A stretch of DNA of 64,000 nucleotides, taken from assembly GCA_963783305.1 (NCBI GenBank), contig CAWAMW010000007.1, forward strand, positions 544,001 to 608,000. Reading direction: 5' to 3'. Both the position numbers and the translations under genes were made by a program. Below the pieces are notes generated by a model. It had not been told where the DNA came from. It worked only from the letters and a program-made list of their open reading frames with translations, and searched no databases. Below are positions 10,202 to 20,595 of the stretch, one piece after another (position 1 is the first letter of the stretch; each line of letters starts with the position of its first letter). Source of the DNA: an uncultured Gemmatimonadales bacterium (lineage in GTDB: Bacteria > Gemmatimonadota > Gemmatimonadetes > Longimicrobiales > RSA9).

Positions 10202-11760
10202 ACGATCGCAAAACCGACGTGCTAGTGATCGGCTCGGGCATCGCGGGCCTCACGTTCGCGCTGAAGCTCGCCGATCACGCCCAGGTCACGGTGGTTACGA
10301 AGAAGCGGCGCGCGGACTCGAGCACGAACTACGCGCAGGGCGGGATCGCCGCGGTCATGAGCGGCACCGACAGTTTCGAGCTGCACGTGGAGGACACGCT
10401 GCGAGCGGGCGCGGGCCTCTGCGATGAGCGAGCGGTGCGGGAGCTCGTGGCGGAGGGGCCGGCGCGGGTGAGGGAGCTGATGGAGTGGGGCGCCAACTTC
10501 ACCACGCACCAGGGCGAGCTCTCGCTGGGGCGCGAGGGGGGGCACTCCCGGCGCCGTATCGTACACGCGCAGGACCTGACCGGCCGGGAGATCGAGCGCG
10601 CGCTTCTCCAGGCCGTGGAGGATCATCCCTCCATCGAGACATGCGAGGACCACCTGGCGGTCGACCTGCTCGTGGCCGGCGAACGGGACGAGAGGATCTG
10701 CGGAGGCGCGGTCATCTTCGATCACCGGAAGGGCGACATTACGGCCATCCGGGCGCGGAGGACGTTCCTTGCGAGCGGCGGCTTCGGGCGCGTCTACCGC
10801 CATACGACGAACCCCGACATCGCCACGGGCGACGGCGTGGCCATGGCGTTCCGGGCGGGGGCACCCGTAGCGAACCTCGAGTTCGTACAGTTCCACCCCA
10901 CCGCGCTGTATCCGGCGGAAGGGCAGGCCGTGCTCATCTCGGAGGCCGTGCGCGGAGAGGGGGCGATTCTCCGCACGATCGAGGGGCGGCCGGTGATGGA
11001 AGCGCATCCCATGGGCTCTCTGTCCACCCGTGACATCGTGGCGCAGGAAATCGATCGGGTGCTGAAGCAGACGGGCGCGGCGCACGTCCTCCTGGACCTG
11101 TCCGAGATCCCCGAAGATGTGATCCGCCGTCGCTTCCCCTACATCCTCGAGGCCTGCCTCCGGGAGGGCGTGGACGCGGTGAAGGAGCCGATCCCGGTGG
11201 TGCCCGCGGCTCATTACGCGTGCGGGGGCGTGCGGACGGACCGCGATGGCCGGACAGGGCTGCCCGGCCTCTACGCGGCGGGAGAGGTGGCGTGTACTGG
11301 CGTCCATGGGGCCAACCGTCTAGCATCCAACTCGCTCCTGGAGGCGGTCGTGTTCAGTCATCGGGCGGCGGGCGCGGTGAGGTCCGAGCTGGACGCCCCG
11401 CACATGGACATGGAGACTCCGACGCTGAACGCCCCCGGTGAAGCGGGATCGGAGTGGTCGGCGCTCCAGGAAGAGCTGCGATCGGTGATGTGGGATGACT
11501 GCGGCATCCTCCGCAGTGATGAGCGGCTGACCGAGGCCGCGGCCCGGCTCAAAGCGCTGCGGGAGCAGGCGAGCGAGCTGTGGCGGGACCGGCCCGTGCA
11601 TACCGACCTGGTGGAGACGCGCAACCTGTGCGACGTAGCCGCCCTGGTAGTGCGGAGCGCCCGCAGCCGGAAAGAGAGTCGAGGGCTCCATCACAACGTG
11701 GATCACCCCACAACCCAGGAACGATTCCGGACGGACACCGTTCTCCGACCGGACCGCTGA
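10198..11760 (+). CDS. nadB: L-aspartate oxidase
   Basis: [49 protein letters not shown]. Confidence 0.93.
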   Translation: MNDRKTDVLVIGSGIAGLTFALKLADHAQVTVVTKKRRADSSTNYAQGGIAAVMSGTDSFELHVEDTLRAGAGLCDERAVRELVAEGPARVRELMEWGANFTTHQGELSLGREGGHSRRRIVHAQDLTGREIERALLQAVEDHPSIETCEDHLAVDLLVAGERDERICGGAVIFDHRKGDITAIRARRTFLASGGFGRVYRHTTNPDIATGDGVAMAFRAGAPVANLEFVQFHPTALYPAEGQAVLISEAVRGEGAILRTIEGRPVMEAHPMGSLSTRDIVAQEIDRVLKQTGAAHVLLDLSEIPEDVIRRRFPYILEACLREGVDAVKEPIPVVPAAHYACGGVRTDRDGRTGLPGLYAAGEVACTGVHGANRLASNSLLEAVVFSHRAAGAVRSELDAPHMDMETPTLNAPGEAGSEWSALQEELRSVMWDDCGILRSDERLTEAAARLKALREQASELWRDRPVHTDLVETRNLCDVAALVVRSARSRKESRGLHHNVDHPTTQERFRTDTVLRPDR

Positions 11761-11767
11761 GCGAGTA

Positions 11768-13060
11768 ATGCGATCCGTCCCGAACATCATCAACCCTGAC
11801 AAGGACCCGGTCCTCAACGAGGAGAACCCGTTCGAGGCCATGATGGAGCGCTTCGACCGGGCCGCGGAGCTCCTCGACCTGGAGCCCGGGATCTACGCCG
11901 TTCTGCGCCACCCGGAGAAGCAGATCATCACCTCCGTGCCCGTCATGATGGACAACGGCGAGGTGGAGGTTTTCCAGGGGATCCGGGTCCTGTACAACAC
12001 GTCACGAGGCCCGGCGAAGGGAGGGATCCGCTTCGACGCGAACGTCACTCTGGACGAGGTAACGGCGCTGGCGGCGTGGATGACGTGGAAGTGCGCCGTG
12101 GTGGATATTCCGTTCGGCGGCGCAAAGGGGGGCGTGATCTGCGATCCCTACCGGTTGTCCATGGGCGAGCTGGAGCGTCTGACCCGGCGCTACACTGCGT
12201 CGATCCTGGACGTGATCGGTCCGGATTCCGACGTACCGGCCCCGGACGTGAATACCAACGAGCGAGTGATGGCGTGGATCATGGATACCTATTCCATGCA
12301 CAAGCGCCATACGGTGACGTCGGTGGTCACCGGGAAGCCGGTCCAGATGGGCGGCTCGCAGGGCCGGCGAGAAGCGACCGGACGCGGTGTGAAGATCGTG
12401 GTTCGGGAAGCGCTCCGTGAGCTCAGCCTCCCCCTCAACGGCACTACCGTAGCGGTGCAGGGGTTCGGCAATGTGGGCTCGGTCGCCGCGCAGCTCCTCG
12501 AGGGCGAGGGACTGACGGTGGTCGCGATCAGCGACAAGACCGGCGGGGTGTACAACCCGAACGGGATCTACATCAGCCAGGCGCTGGAGTGGATCCAGGA
12601 GAACAAGTTCCTCGAAGGGTTCCCGCACGGGGAAGCCATTACCAACGAGGAGCTGCTGGAGCTCGATGTGGATGTGCTTGTCCCCGCCGCGCTGGAGAAC
12701 GTCATCAACCAGCGCAACGCCCCGAGGATCAAGGCGAAGATCATCGCCGAGGGCGCGAACGGGCCCACGACGGCGCCGGCGGATGCAATCCTGGAGCAGA
12801 ACGGGGTATTCGTGATCCCGGACATCCTGGCGAACGCCGGGGGCGTCACGGTGAGCTATTTCGAGTGGGTCCAGAACCGGGAGGGATATTTCTGGAGCGA
12901 GGAGCTGGTGATCACGCGGCTGCGGGAGGTGATGATCCGATCGTTCCATCACGTTCTCGACTACGCCCGTGAGCACGAGGTAAATCTGCGCACCGCAGCC
13001 TACATGCTGGCCATTGACCGGGTCGCGGCGGTGCACCGGATGCGCGGCATCTACGCCTGA
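11768..13060 (+). CDS. gdhA: Glutamate dehydrogenase (Glu/Leu/Phe/Val family)
   Basis: [49 protein letters not shown]. Confidence 0.93.
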   Translation: MRSVPNIINPDKDPVLNEENPFEAMMERFDRAAELLDLEPGIYAVLRHPEKQIITSVPVMMDNGEVEVFQGIRVLYNTSRGPAKGGIRFDANVTLDEVTALAAWMTWKCAVVDIPFGGAKGGVICDPYRLSMGELERLTRRYTASILDVIGPDSDVPAPDVNTNERVMAWIMDTYSMHKRHTVTSVVTGKPVQMGGSQGRREATGRGVKIVVREALRELSLPLNGTTVAVQGFGNVGSVAAQLLEGEGLTVVAISDKTGGVYNPNGIYISQALEWIQENKFLEGFPHGEAITNEELLELDVDVLVPAALENVINQRNAPRIKAKIIAEGANGPTTAPADAILEQNGVFVIPDILANAGGVTVSYFEWVQNREGYFWSEELVITRLREVMIRSFHHVLDYAREHEVNLRTAAYMLAIDRVAAVHRMRGIYA

Positions 13061-13066
13061 TCCGGC

Positions 13067-13537
13067 ATGAAGGTGAGCGTGGTGTCCGTGGGGAAGCCGA
13101 CCGGTATACTGGAGGGGCCCATCCGTGAGTTCGAGACTCGCGCCGGCCGCTACTGGAAGCTGGAGACCGTCGAGGTGAGCGCCGAGAAATCGTCGAAGAA
13201 CCGGCCAGTGAGTGATGTCATGGCCGCGGAGGCGGCGCGGCTGCGCGCGGCGGTTACCGGAGGCGCAGCGCTCATCGTGCTCACGAGGACGGGATCGACC
13301 TGGAGCTCCCGCGACCTTGCGCAGTACCTGAACCGACTCGCGGTCACCGGTGCGCCCGGGGCCACGTTCGTGATCGGTGGGGCGCACGGCCTCGATGACA
13401 GCCTGGTACGCGAAGCAGACCGACGGCTGTCGCTTTCGCCCATGACCATGCCCCACGACCTGGCTCGTCTTATCCTGGCCGAGCAGATCTACCGGGCCGG
13501 CACGATTGTGCGGGGTGAGCCGTACCACAAGGGATAA
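13067..13537 (+). CDS. rlmH: 23S rRNA pseudouridine1915 N3-methyltransferase
   Basis: FVIGGAHG, LSLSPMTMPH, EQIYRA, PYHK terminus. Confidence 0.93.
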   Translation: MKVSVVSVGKPTGILEGPIREFETRAGRYWKLETVEVSAEKSSKNRPVSDVMAAEAARLRAAVTGGAALIVLTRTGSTWSSRDLAQYLNRLAVTGAPGATFVIGGAHGLDDSLVREADRRLSLSPMTMPHDLARLILAEQIYRAGTIVRGEPYHKG

Positions 13538-13544
13538 GGACGCC

Positions 13545-15173
13545 ATGAACCTGGAGATCCGAGTACGGTCGGTGGGCGGAAACCGACTGGTGGAGGACTA
13601 TGTCCGGGGCGACCCCGCTCTGGCCCCATTCTTCGCAGGCCACCCGTTCGACGCCGCCGCCTACCGGCGGAAGGCGGACGAGGTGCGAGGCCGGTTCGAC
13701 GCCACCGCGCTCTCGGTCATGGCCGAGGCCGTGCGCACCTCCGGGCCCGGGGCGGCGGAGAAACTCGACCGGATCGCGGCGGGCGAGGGATTTGTCGTCA
13801 CCACGGGGCAGCAACCCGGGCTCTTCGGTGGGCCCCTCTATACCGTTCACAAGGCTCTCACCGCCATCGCGCTGGCCCGGCGGCTCGAAGCGCTTCTGGA
13901 GGTCCCCGTCCTGCCCGTCTTCTGGGTGGCCTCCGATGATCACGACTGGGTGGAGGCCAATCACGTCCGAGTCCTGGATACGGACAACACGCTCCGGACG
14001 CTCGAGATGAAAGGGGAGAATGATCCGCCTCTTTCCATGGGGCGCCGGCCGCTGGCCGGAGCCGCAGAATCTGCTTTAGATGAGCTTGCCGAAACCCTTC
14101 CCCCGTCTGAGTTTACGCCACCTATCATGGAGCGCCTTCGGGAGGCGTATTCCGGGGGCACCGTGGCGGCGGCGTTCACCCGCACGCTCGAAGCGGTGCT
14201 GGGGGACCTGCCGCTGGGATTCGTGGACGCGCAGGCCCCGGCGCTCCGCCGCGCGGGACTGCCGGTGCTGAAGCGTGAGCTGGAATCGGCGGCGGCGCAC
14301 GAGGAGGCGCTGCGAGGTCAGACGGAGCGGCTGGAAGCGGCGGGATACTCGGCGCAGGTGCCGATCCTGCCGGGCGCCACCAACGTATTTCACGAGGACG
14401 ACGAGCACGGGCGGGAGCGACTGCTGCGGGAGGACGGGTCGTGGGTGCTGCGGGCATCGAAGCGAAAGCTGAGCCACGAGGAGCTCGAGCGGGATCTGGA
14501 GCGGTCGCCGGAGCGGTTCTCGGCAAACGTGGTGCTGCGCCCGGTGGTGGAGAGCGCGGTCTTCCCGACGCTGGCGTACGTGGGGGGACCCGGCGAAGTG
14601 CGGTACCTGGCGCAGACGGGGTGTCTGTTCGAGGCTCACGGCGTGGGCATGCCGCTGGTGTTCCCCCGACTCGCTGTGACGCTGGTGGAGGGGAAGGTCC
14701 GGAAGGTGCTGGACAAGTTCGGGCTGGACGAGGGCGACCTGGTGGGCCGTCCGATCCACGAGGTAATCGCGGGTGTGGTCCGGGACGACGTCCCGGAGGG
14801 CGTGCAGACGGCGCTGAGCGAGCTGCGGCATTCGCTCCAGCAGGGGTACCAGGCGGTGTATGACGCGTCGGAAGGGATCGACCCCACGTTGAAGGGCCCG
14901 ATCTTCGGCGCACGTAATGAAGGGTTCAAGGCCGTTTCGGAGGTTGAGAAGAAGATCCGGCAGCACGTGAAGCTGAGAGAAGAGACGGCGCTGGAGCAGA
15001 TCGGGAAGGTAGCCGCGAACCTGGCACCGGAGGGGAAACCGCAGGAGCGGGTGCTGAATGTGCATCAGTACCTGGCTCGGTACGGGAGCGACCTGGTCCC
15101 GTCGATCCTGGAACGGATGGAGATCGAGTTGGATGGGAGCGGTGAAGGCTGGGCGGGAGTGCGGTGTGATTGA
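13545..15173 (+). CDS. bshC: Bacillithiol biosynthesis cysteine-adding enzyme
   Basis: VTTGQQPGLFGGPLYT..KA, FW.ASDDHD, SANVVLRP, YVGGPGE..Y, PQERV.N. Confidence 0.9.
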   Translation: MNLEIRVRSVGGNRLVEDYVRGDPALAPFFAGHPFDAAAYRRKADEVRGRFDATALSVMAEAVRTSGPGAAEKLDRIAAGEGFVVTTGQQPGLFGGPLYTVHKALTAIALARRLEALLEVPVLPVFWVASDDHDWVEANHVRVLDTDNTLRTLEMKGENDPPLSMGRRPLAGAAESALDELAETLPPSEFTPPIMERLREAYSGGTVAAAFTRTLEAVLGDLPLGFVDAQAPALRRAGLPVLKRELESAAAHEEALRGQTERLEAAGYSAQVPILPGATNVFHEDDEHGRERLLREDGSWVLRASKRKLSHEELERDLERSPERFSANVVLRPVVESAVFPTLAYVGGPGEVRYLAQTGCLFEAHGVGMPLVFPRLAVTLVEGKVRKVLDKFGLDEGDLVGRPIHEVIAGVVRDDVPEGVQTALSELRHSLQQGYQAVYDASEGIDPTLKGPIFGARNEGFKAVSEVEKKIRQHVKLREETALEQIGKVAANLAPEGKPQERVLNVHQYLARYGSDLVPSILERMEIELDGSGEGWAGVRCD

Positions 15174-15191
15174 GGACGCGGAGGCGCTGGC

Positions 15192-15464
15192 ATGTGGGTT
15201 CTGATCATCTTTCTGGTGCTGTTGATCCCGCTGGCCGCGGTGGTGCTGGACTCGAGGCTGGGTCAGGCACTGGCGCGGCGAGTGGAGGGCGGGGCGCCGG
15301 ACAGCGCGCGAGTGCGAGCGCTGGAGGCGGAGGTGGAGCGACTCAGCGTGGACCTGGAGCGGATTTCGGAGCAGTCGGACTTCCTGACGCGGCTGCTGGA
15401 AGAGCGAACGAAGAGCGGTCCGGGCGGAGATCGATCGCTACCGGCGTCCGGCGAGGCTGAATGA
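15192..15464 (+). CDS. Hypothetical protein, one TM helix plus coiled coil
   Basis: GAGG upstream, hydrophobic N-terminus, heptad pattern, ATGA overlap with murJ. Confidence 0.7.
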   Translation: MWVLIIFLVLLIPLAAVVLDSRLGQALARRVEGGAPDSARVRALEAEVERLSVDLERISEQSDFLTRLLEERTKSGPGGDRSLPASGEAE

Positions 15465-17185
15465 GCGAAGCACCACCGCAGGAAGAGGAGAACCCGGGGT
15501 CCGAGGCGGGTCCTGAGTCGGTCGTGGAGTCGGCGGGAGAATCATCGAGTCGGTCTGCACAGTGGGTGGCGGCCGGCATCTTCCTGAGTCGGATCTCGGG
15601 GCTGGTCCGCGAGGCGTTCATCGGGAAGTACCTGGGCACGTCGTACGCGGCCGACTCGTTCCGTACGGCGCTCAGGATGCCGAACGTGCTCCAGAACCTG
15701 CTGGGCGAGGGCACGCTGAGCGCGTCGTTCATCCCGGTATACGCGGAGCTGCTGGAAGAGGGGCGCGAGGAAGAGGCGGGGCGGGTGGCGGGTGCGATCT
15801 TCGCACTCCTCTTCGCGCTGGCGGGAGCGCTGGCGCTCGTGGGGATCTTTGCCGCGCCCGTGCTGGTCTCGGTCTTCACGCCGGGTTTCGTGGGCGGCCC
15901 GCGGTACGATCTCACGGTGGGGCTGATCCGGATCATCTTCCCGATGGCGGGGGTCCTGGTGCTCTCGGCATGGGCGCTGGGTGTCCTGAACAGCCACCGC
16001 CGCTTCTTCGTCTCCTACGCGGCGCCGGTGGTGTGGAACGCCGCCATGATCGCGGCGCTCCTGCTCTTCGGCGCGCGGAGCGACCAGGAGTCGCTGGCGG
16101 TCGTCCTGTCGTGGGCGGCGCTGTTGGGAGGCGCGCTCCAGTTCCTGGTACAGCTCCCCTTCGTGCTGCGGCTGATCCCGTCGTTGAAGATCCGGTGGGA
16201 TCTGAAGCTGGCGGGTGTACGGACGGCGATGCGGAACGCGGGTCCGGCCATCGCGGGACGGGGTGTCGTGCAGCTGAGCGGCTACGTGGACATCTTCCTG
16301 GCCTCGATGCTGGCGGTGGGCGCGGTCGCCACGCTGACGTACGCGCAGCAGCTCTACATTCTGCCCATCAGCCTGTTCGGCATGTCGGTGGCGGCGGCGG
16401 AGCTTCCGGAACTGTCGCGGCGGCGTGGCGGGGGCACGGAGGTGCTGCGCACGCGCGTGGTCCGCGGGCTCGAACAGGTGGCGTTCTACGTGGTCCCGAC
16501 GATTCTTGGATTCCTGCTGGTGGGCGATGTGATCGTGGGGGCGCTGTACGAGCGGGGGGAGTTCAGCGTCACCGATACGGCGGTGACCTGGTACATCCTG
16601 GGCGGGTACAGCCTCGGGCTGCTGGCGTCCACGGGGACGCGGGTCTTCTCGTCTGCGTTCTTCGCGCTCCACGACACCCGTACCCCCGCGAAGGTCGCGG
16701 GGCTGCGCGTGCTGCTCTCGGCGGCGATCGGCGTGGTGCTGATGGTACAGTTCGGCGAGATGGCGTTTGCGGGCGCAAAGCTGGGGCCGCTGGTGATCCC
16801 GGAGTTCTCCGCCGGCCCCTACGGGTTCGGGATCTGGGATGTGGACCCCGTGGGCGGCAAGACGCTGGGGCCTGTGGGGCTGGCGCTGGCCGCGGCAGTG
16901 GCCGCGTGGGTGGAGTGGTGGATGCTGCAGCGGGCGCTGGCGCGCCGGATCGGATCGGTCCGACCGTCGCTGTCGGCGCTCAGCAAGATGTTCCTCGCGG
17001 CCGTTCCGGCGGCCGTGGCGGCGCGCGGAGTGGCGTGGCTGCTGCCGGAGATGAACAACATCCTGGAAGCGGCGCTGGTGGTCGGGACCTTCGGGCTCGT
17101 GTACGCGGTGCTGTCGCTATTGCTGGGGATCCAGGAGGCCCGGTCGATCCTGGGGCGGATCCGTCGGATCGCAAGGCTCGGCTGA
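15461..17185 (+). CDS. murJ: Lipid II flippase MurJ (MviN)
   Basis: SRISGLVRE, PN....LLGEG.LSASFIP, multiple TM segments, LYERGEF. Confidence 0.93.
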   Translation: MSEAPPQEEENPGSEAGPESVVESAGESSSRSAQWVAAGIFLSRISGLVREAFIGKYLGTSYAADSFRTALRMPNVLQNLLGEGTLSASFIPVYAELLEEGREEEAGRVAGAIFALLFALAGALALVGIFAAPVLVSVFTPGFVGGPRYDLTVGLIRIIFPMAGVLVLSAWALGVLNSHRRFFVSYAAPVVWNAAMIAALLLFGARSDQESLAVVLSWAALLGGALQFLVQLPFVLRLIPSLKIRWDLKLAGVRTAMRNAGPAIAGRGVVQLSGYVDIFLASMLAVGAVATLTYAQQLYILPISLFGMSVAAAELPELSRRRGGGTEVLRTRVVRGLEQVAFYVVPTILGFLLVGDVIVGALYERGEFSVTDTAVTWYILGGYSLGLLASTGTRVFSSAFFALHDTRTPAKVAGLRVLLSAAIGVVLMVQFGEMAFAGAKLGPLVIPEFSAGPYGFGIWDVDPVGGKTLGPVGLALAAAVAAWVEWWMLQRALARRIGSVRPSLSALSKMFLAAVPAAVAARGVAWLLPEMNNILEAALVVGTFGLVYAVLSLLLGIQEARSILGRIRRIARLG

Positions 17186-17267
17186 CCCCGGTGGTCCGGG
17201 GGCCGGGGGAGGGGAACGCGGCGTCGTCGTGGGGTACAAGGTGCCGGACCCGAACCGTACGTTGGCC

Positions 17268-19100
17268 GTGACCGAGACACTCGACCGAAAGCTGAAGCAT
17301 CTCCCGACGAGCCCGGGCGTCTACATGTTCAAGGACGCTGCGGGGGAGATCCTCTACATCGGGAAGGCGAAGTCGCTCCGATCCCGCGTCCGCGGCCACT
17401 TCTCCCACGACTCGACGCATTCGGTCAAGCAGGTGGAGATGGTGCGGCGGGCGCGCGACGTGGACACGATCGTGGTGGGGAGCGAGGCGGAGGCGCTGCT
17501 CCTCGAGAACAATCTGATCAAGACCCACCAGCCGCGCTTCAACATCCGGTTGAAGGACGACAAGCGGTATCCCTACATCAAGGTGACGGTGACGGAGCCA
17601 TTCCCCCGTGTGTTCGTGACGCGGCGGGTGGAGAACGACGGGTCGAAGTACTTCGGCCCGTACACCGAAGTGGCGGCCATGCGGCAGGCGCTGGAGGTAG
17701 TGAAGCGGGCCTACACGGTGCGGAGCTGCCGCTACGACCTGCCGAACGAGGCGCCGTCGCGGCCGTGCCTCGATTTCCATATCGGCCGGTGCAAGGCGCC
17801 ATGCGTGGGGCTTCAGTCGGAGGCGGAATACGGGGAGATGGTGGGCGAGATCATGGCGGTGCTCGGTGGGGACGTGAGCGGGGTCCGTCGGCGGGTGAAG
17901 GAGGAGCTGGAGGCGCGGGTCGAGACGCTGGACTTCGAACGGGCGGCGACGCTCCGGGACACGCTCATCGGGCTGGACAGCATCGAGCGCCGGCAGCGGG
18001 CGCTCGATGTGCGCGGCGGAGACCAGGACGTGGTCGGGGTGGCGCGGGACGGTGATCACGCGAGTGGGGTTCTGCTCCGGATCCGGCGCGGCAAGCTGCT
18101 GGGCCGGGAAGTAGACCACTTCACCAACCTGGAGTCGGAGGACGAGGACGCGGTACTGGCGGCGGTGGCCACGCGCTTCTACATCGGCCGGGGCGAGCAG
18201 GGTCGGAGCGATCTCCCGAGTCAGGTGCTGCTACCGGGGGATTTCGAGGATCGGGAGACGCTGGAGGAGCTGCTGAACGAGGTTTCGGGCCGGAGGCTCA
18301 CGCTCCATATCCCGCAGCGGGGCGAGAAGCTGCGTCTGGTGGAGCTGGCGTCTCAGAACGCGCGACACCTCCTGGAAGAGCGCGCGGTTCTCGATGAGAG
18401 CGCCCGGAGCCGGGCGGACGACGTGCTGTACGAGCTGCAGGAGGCCATAGACCTCAAGGTGGTACCGCGGCTGATCGTCTGTTTCGACATCTCGCACACG
18501 CAGGGCACGGAGGTGGTGGGAAGCGCGGTGGTCTTCGAGAACGGGGAGCCGAAAAAGAGCGAGTACCGTCGCTTCCGGATCCGCGGGGAGTGGGGAAACG
18601 ACGACTACCGGTCGATGGCCGAGGTGGTGGGGCGGTATTTCCACCGGCGGATCGAGGAAGGGCTGCCGCTCCCGGAGCTCGTGGTGATCGACGGTGGCAA
18701 GGGTCAGCTGTCGGCGGCGGTGGCCACGCTCGAGGCGGCGGGCGCCCGAGACGTCCAGCTGTGCGCGCTGGCGAAGCGGGAGGAGGAGGTGTACCGGCCG
18801 GGGCGGCCCGAGCCGTATCGACTCACGCGCAACCACGGGGGGCTGCGGCTGCTCCAGCGGGTGCGGAACGAGGCGCATCGGTTCGCCCACGCCTACAATC
18901 GGAAGCTGCGGGGGAAACGCACCTTGTCGAGCGAGCTGTCGGAGATCCCGGGGGTCGGCCCGAAACGCCAGCAGGTCCTGTTGAGCCGGTTCGGGAGCGT
19001 ACGGGCGCTGCGCGAGGCGACGGCGGATGATCTGGCGGCGGTGCCCGGCTTCTCCGATACTCTGGCGCACACCATCCTCGAGCACCTGAACGACGAATGA
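17268..19100 (+). CDS. uvrC: Excinuclease ABC subunit C
   Basis: PGVY...YIGKAKSLRSRV (GIY-YIG), FDISH, IDGGKGQL, RNEAHRFA, C-terminal HhH. Confidence 0.95.
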   Translation: MTETLDRKLKHLPTSPGVYMFKDAAGEILYIGKAKSLRSRVRGHFSHDSTHSVKQVEMVRRARDVDTIVVGSEAEALLLENNLIKTHQPRFNIRLKDDKRYPYIKVTVTEPFPRVFVTRRVENDGSKYFGPYTEVAAMRQALEVVKRAYTVRSCRYDLPNEAPSRPCLDFHIGRCKAPCVGLQSEAEYGEMVGEIMAVLGGDVSGVRRRVKEELEARVETLDFERAATLRDTLIGLDSIERRQRALDVRGGDQDVVGVARDGDHASGVLLRIRRGKLLGREVDHFTNLESEDEDAVLAAVATRFYIGRGEQGRSDLPSQVLLPGDFEDRETLEELLNEVSGRRLTLHIPQRGEKLRLVELASQNARHLLEERAVLDESARSRADDVLYELQEAIDLKVVPRLIVCFDISHTQGTEVVGSAVVFENGEPKKSEYRRFRIRGEWGNDDYRSMAEVVGRYFHRRIEEGLPLPELVVIDGGKGQLSAAVATLEAAGARDVQLCALAKREEEVYRPGRPEPYRLTRNHGGLRLLQRVRNEAHRFAHAYNRKLRGKRTLSSELSEIPGVGPKRQQVLLSRFGSVRALREATADDLAAVPGFSDTLAHTILEHLNDE

Positions 19101-20542
19101 CCCAGGTCCGCACACGCTTTGCCCCCAGTCCCACGGGCAGCCTGCACGTGGGGAACGCCCGTACGGCCGTGCTGAACTGGCTGATCGCGCGGCATCATGG
19201 CGGCGCGTTCATCCTCCGGATCGAGGACACCGACGCCGGTCGCAACGTGGCGGGCGCAGAGGGCCGCCTCATGGCGGACCTGCGGTGGCTCGGACTGGAG
19301 TGGGACGAGGGCCCGGACCCGGACGGTAGGAAGGAGCGGGGCGATCGGGGGCCGTACCGTCAGAGCGAGCGCGGCGCCATCTATGCCCGATACGCCCGGC
19401 GCCTGCTGGACGAGGGCGCGGCCTATCGGTGCTTCTGTGAGCCCGCCGCGCTCGAGGCCGAGCGAGAAAAGGCCATGGAGGAGGGGCGCGCTCCGGGATA
19501 CGCGGGCACGTGCAGGAGCCTCGATCCCGCGGCCGCGGCCGAGCGGGCGGAGCGCGGCGAGGAACACGTTCTCCGGTTGTCTACGCCGGAGCGCGGGGCA
19601 GTGGTGGTGAACGACCTGATCCGCGGCCCGGTGACCTTCGAAGCCAGCACGATCGGTGATTTCGTCCTGGTGCGCTCCGACGGCGTCCCGACCTACAACT
19701 TCGCCGTAGTGGTGGACGATGCCGAGATGGCGATCACGCACGTCATCCGCGGCTCGGGTCATCTGTCGAATACTCCGCACCAGCTGCTCCTCTACCGGGC
19801 CCTCGGGCTGGAGCCGCCTGCGTTCGCTCACACGCCCACGGTGCTGGGGGCGGACCGCTCCAAGCTGTCCAAGCGATCGGGGGCGAGGCCGCTGGAGGCG
19901 CTGGCGGACGAGGGGGTCCACCCGGACGCCGTGGTCAACTACCTTTCGCTGCTCGGCTGGTCCAGCCCGAGCGGGGAGGAGGTCCTCTCGGGGGAGCGCC
20001 TGGTCGAGGAGGTGACGCTGGAGCGTATGAACGCCGGCGACGTGGTGTTCGATCCGGAGAAGCTGCGCTGGCTGTCTGCGCAGCACATCGCGCGCATGGG
20101 CGAGGCGGAGCTCATGGAGGCGGTACGGCCGTACGTGGAGCGGTCGGCCCACAGGGAGCTTCTGGATGATCGGTTTCCCGCGATCCTGGCGGCGGTACGG
20201 AGCCACCTCTCGGCGTTCGGCGAGATCGCGGGTCAGCTCCGGCCTTTCGTGGGGCCGGAGAGTCAGCCCCGGGTGGACTCCGAGGCGCTGCCCGTCCTCC
20301 GAAAGGCACGAGAGCGGCTGGCGGCGCTGGACGAATGGAACGAGGCCGCGGCTACTGCGGCGCTGAAGGAAGCCGGCGCTGCGGTGGGCGTACGGGGCAG
20401 GGCGCTCTACGTGCCCGTCCGACAGGCGCTTACGGGCGCTGAGCACGGCCCGCCGCTGGGCGCGGTGCTGACGGTGCAGGGGCGGGAGCGGGCGCTCGAG
20501 CATCTGGACCGCACGCTCTCCGCGTCGACGGACGGCGTTTGA
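19097..20542 (+). CDS. gltX: Glutamate--tRNA ligase
   Basis: RFAPSPTG.LHVGN, LRIEDTD, KLSKR, anticodon-domain GAEHGP. Confidence 0.92.
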   Translation: MTQVRTRFAPSPTGSLHVGNARTAVLNWLIARHHGGAFILRIEDTDAGRNVAGAEGRLMADLRWLGLEWDEGPDPDGRKERGDRGPYRQSERGAIYARYARRLLDEGAAYRCFCEPAALEAEREKAMEEGRAPGYAGTCRSLDPAAAAERAERGEEHVLRLSTPERGAVVVNDLIRGPVTFEASTIGDFVLVRSDGVPTYNFAVVVDDAEMAITHVIRGSGHLSNTPHQLLLYRALGLEPPAFAHTPTVLGADRSKLSKRSGARPLEALADEGVHPDAVVNYLSLLGWSSPSGEEVLSGERLVEEVTLERMNAGDVVFDPEKLRWLSAQHIARMGEAELMEAVRPYVERSAHRELLDDRFPAILAAVRSHLSAFGEIAGQLRPFVGPESQPRVDSEALPVLRKARERLAALDEWNEAAATAALKEAGAAVGVRGRALYVPVRQALTGAEHGPPLGAVLTVQGRERALEHLDRTLSASTDGV

Positions 20543-20568
20543 CCCCGAAACGAACGGCCACGTAGATT
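20539..20568 (+). promoter_or_regulatory. Possible sigma70 promoter for larC
   Basis: TTGACC-18 nt-TAGATT upstream of larC. Confidence 0.35.
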
Positions 20569-20595
20569 GGCGCGTTTATGATGAGAACGGCCACC

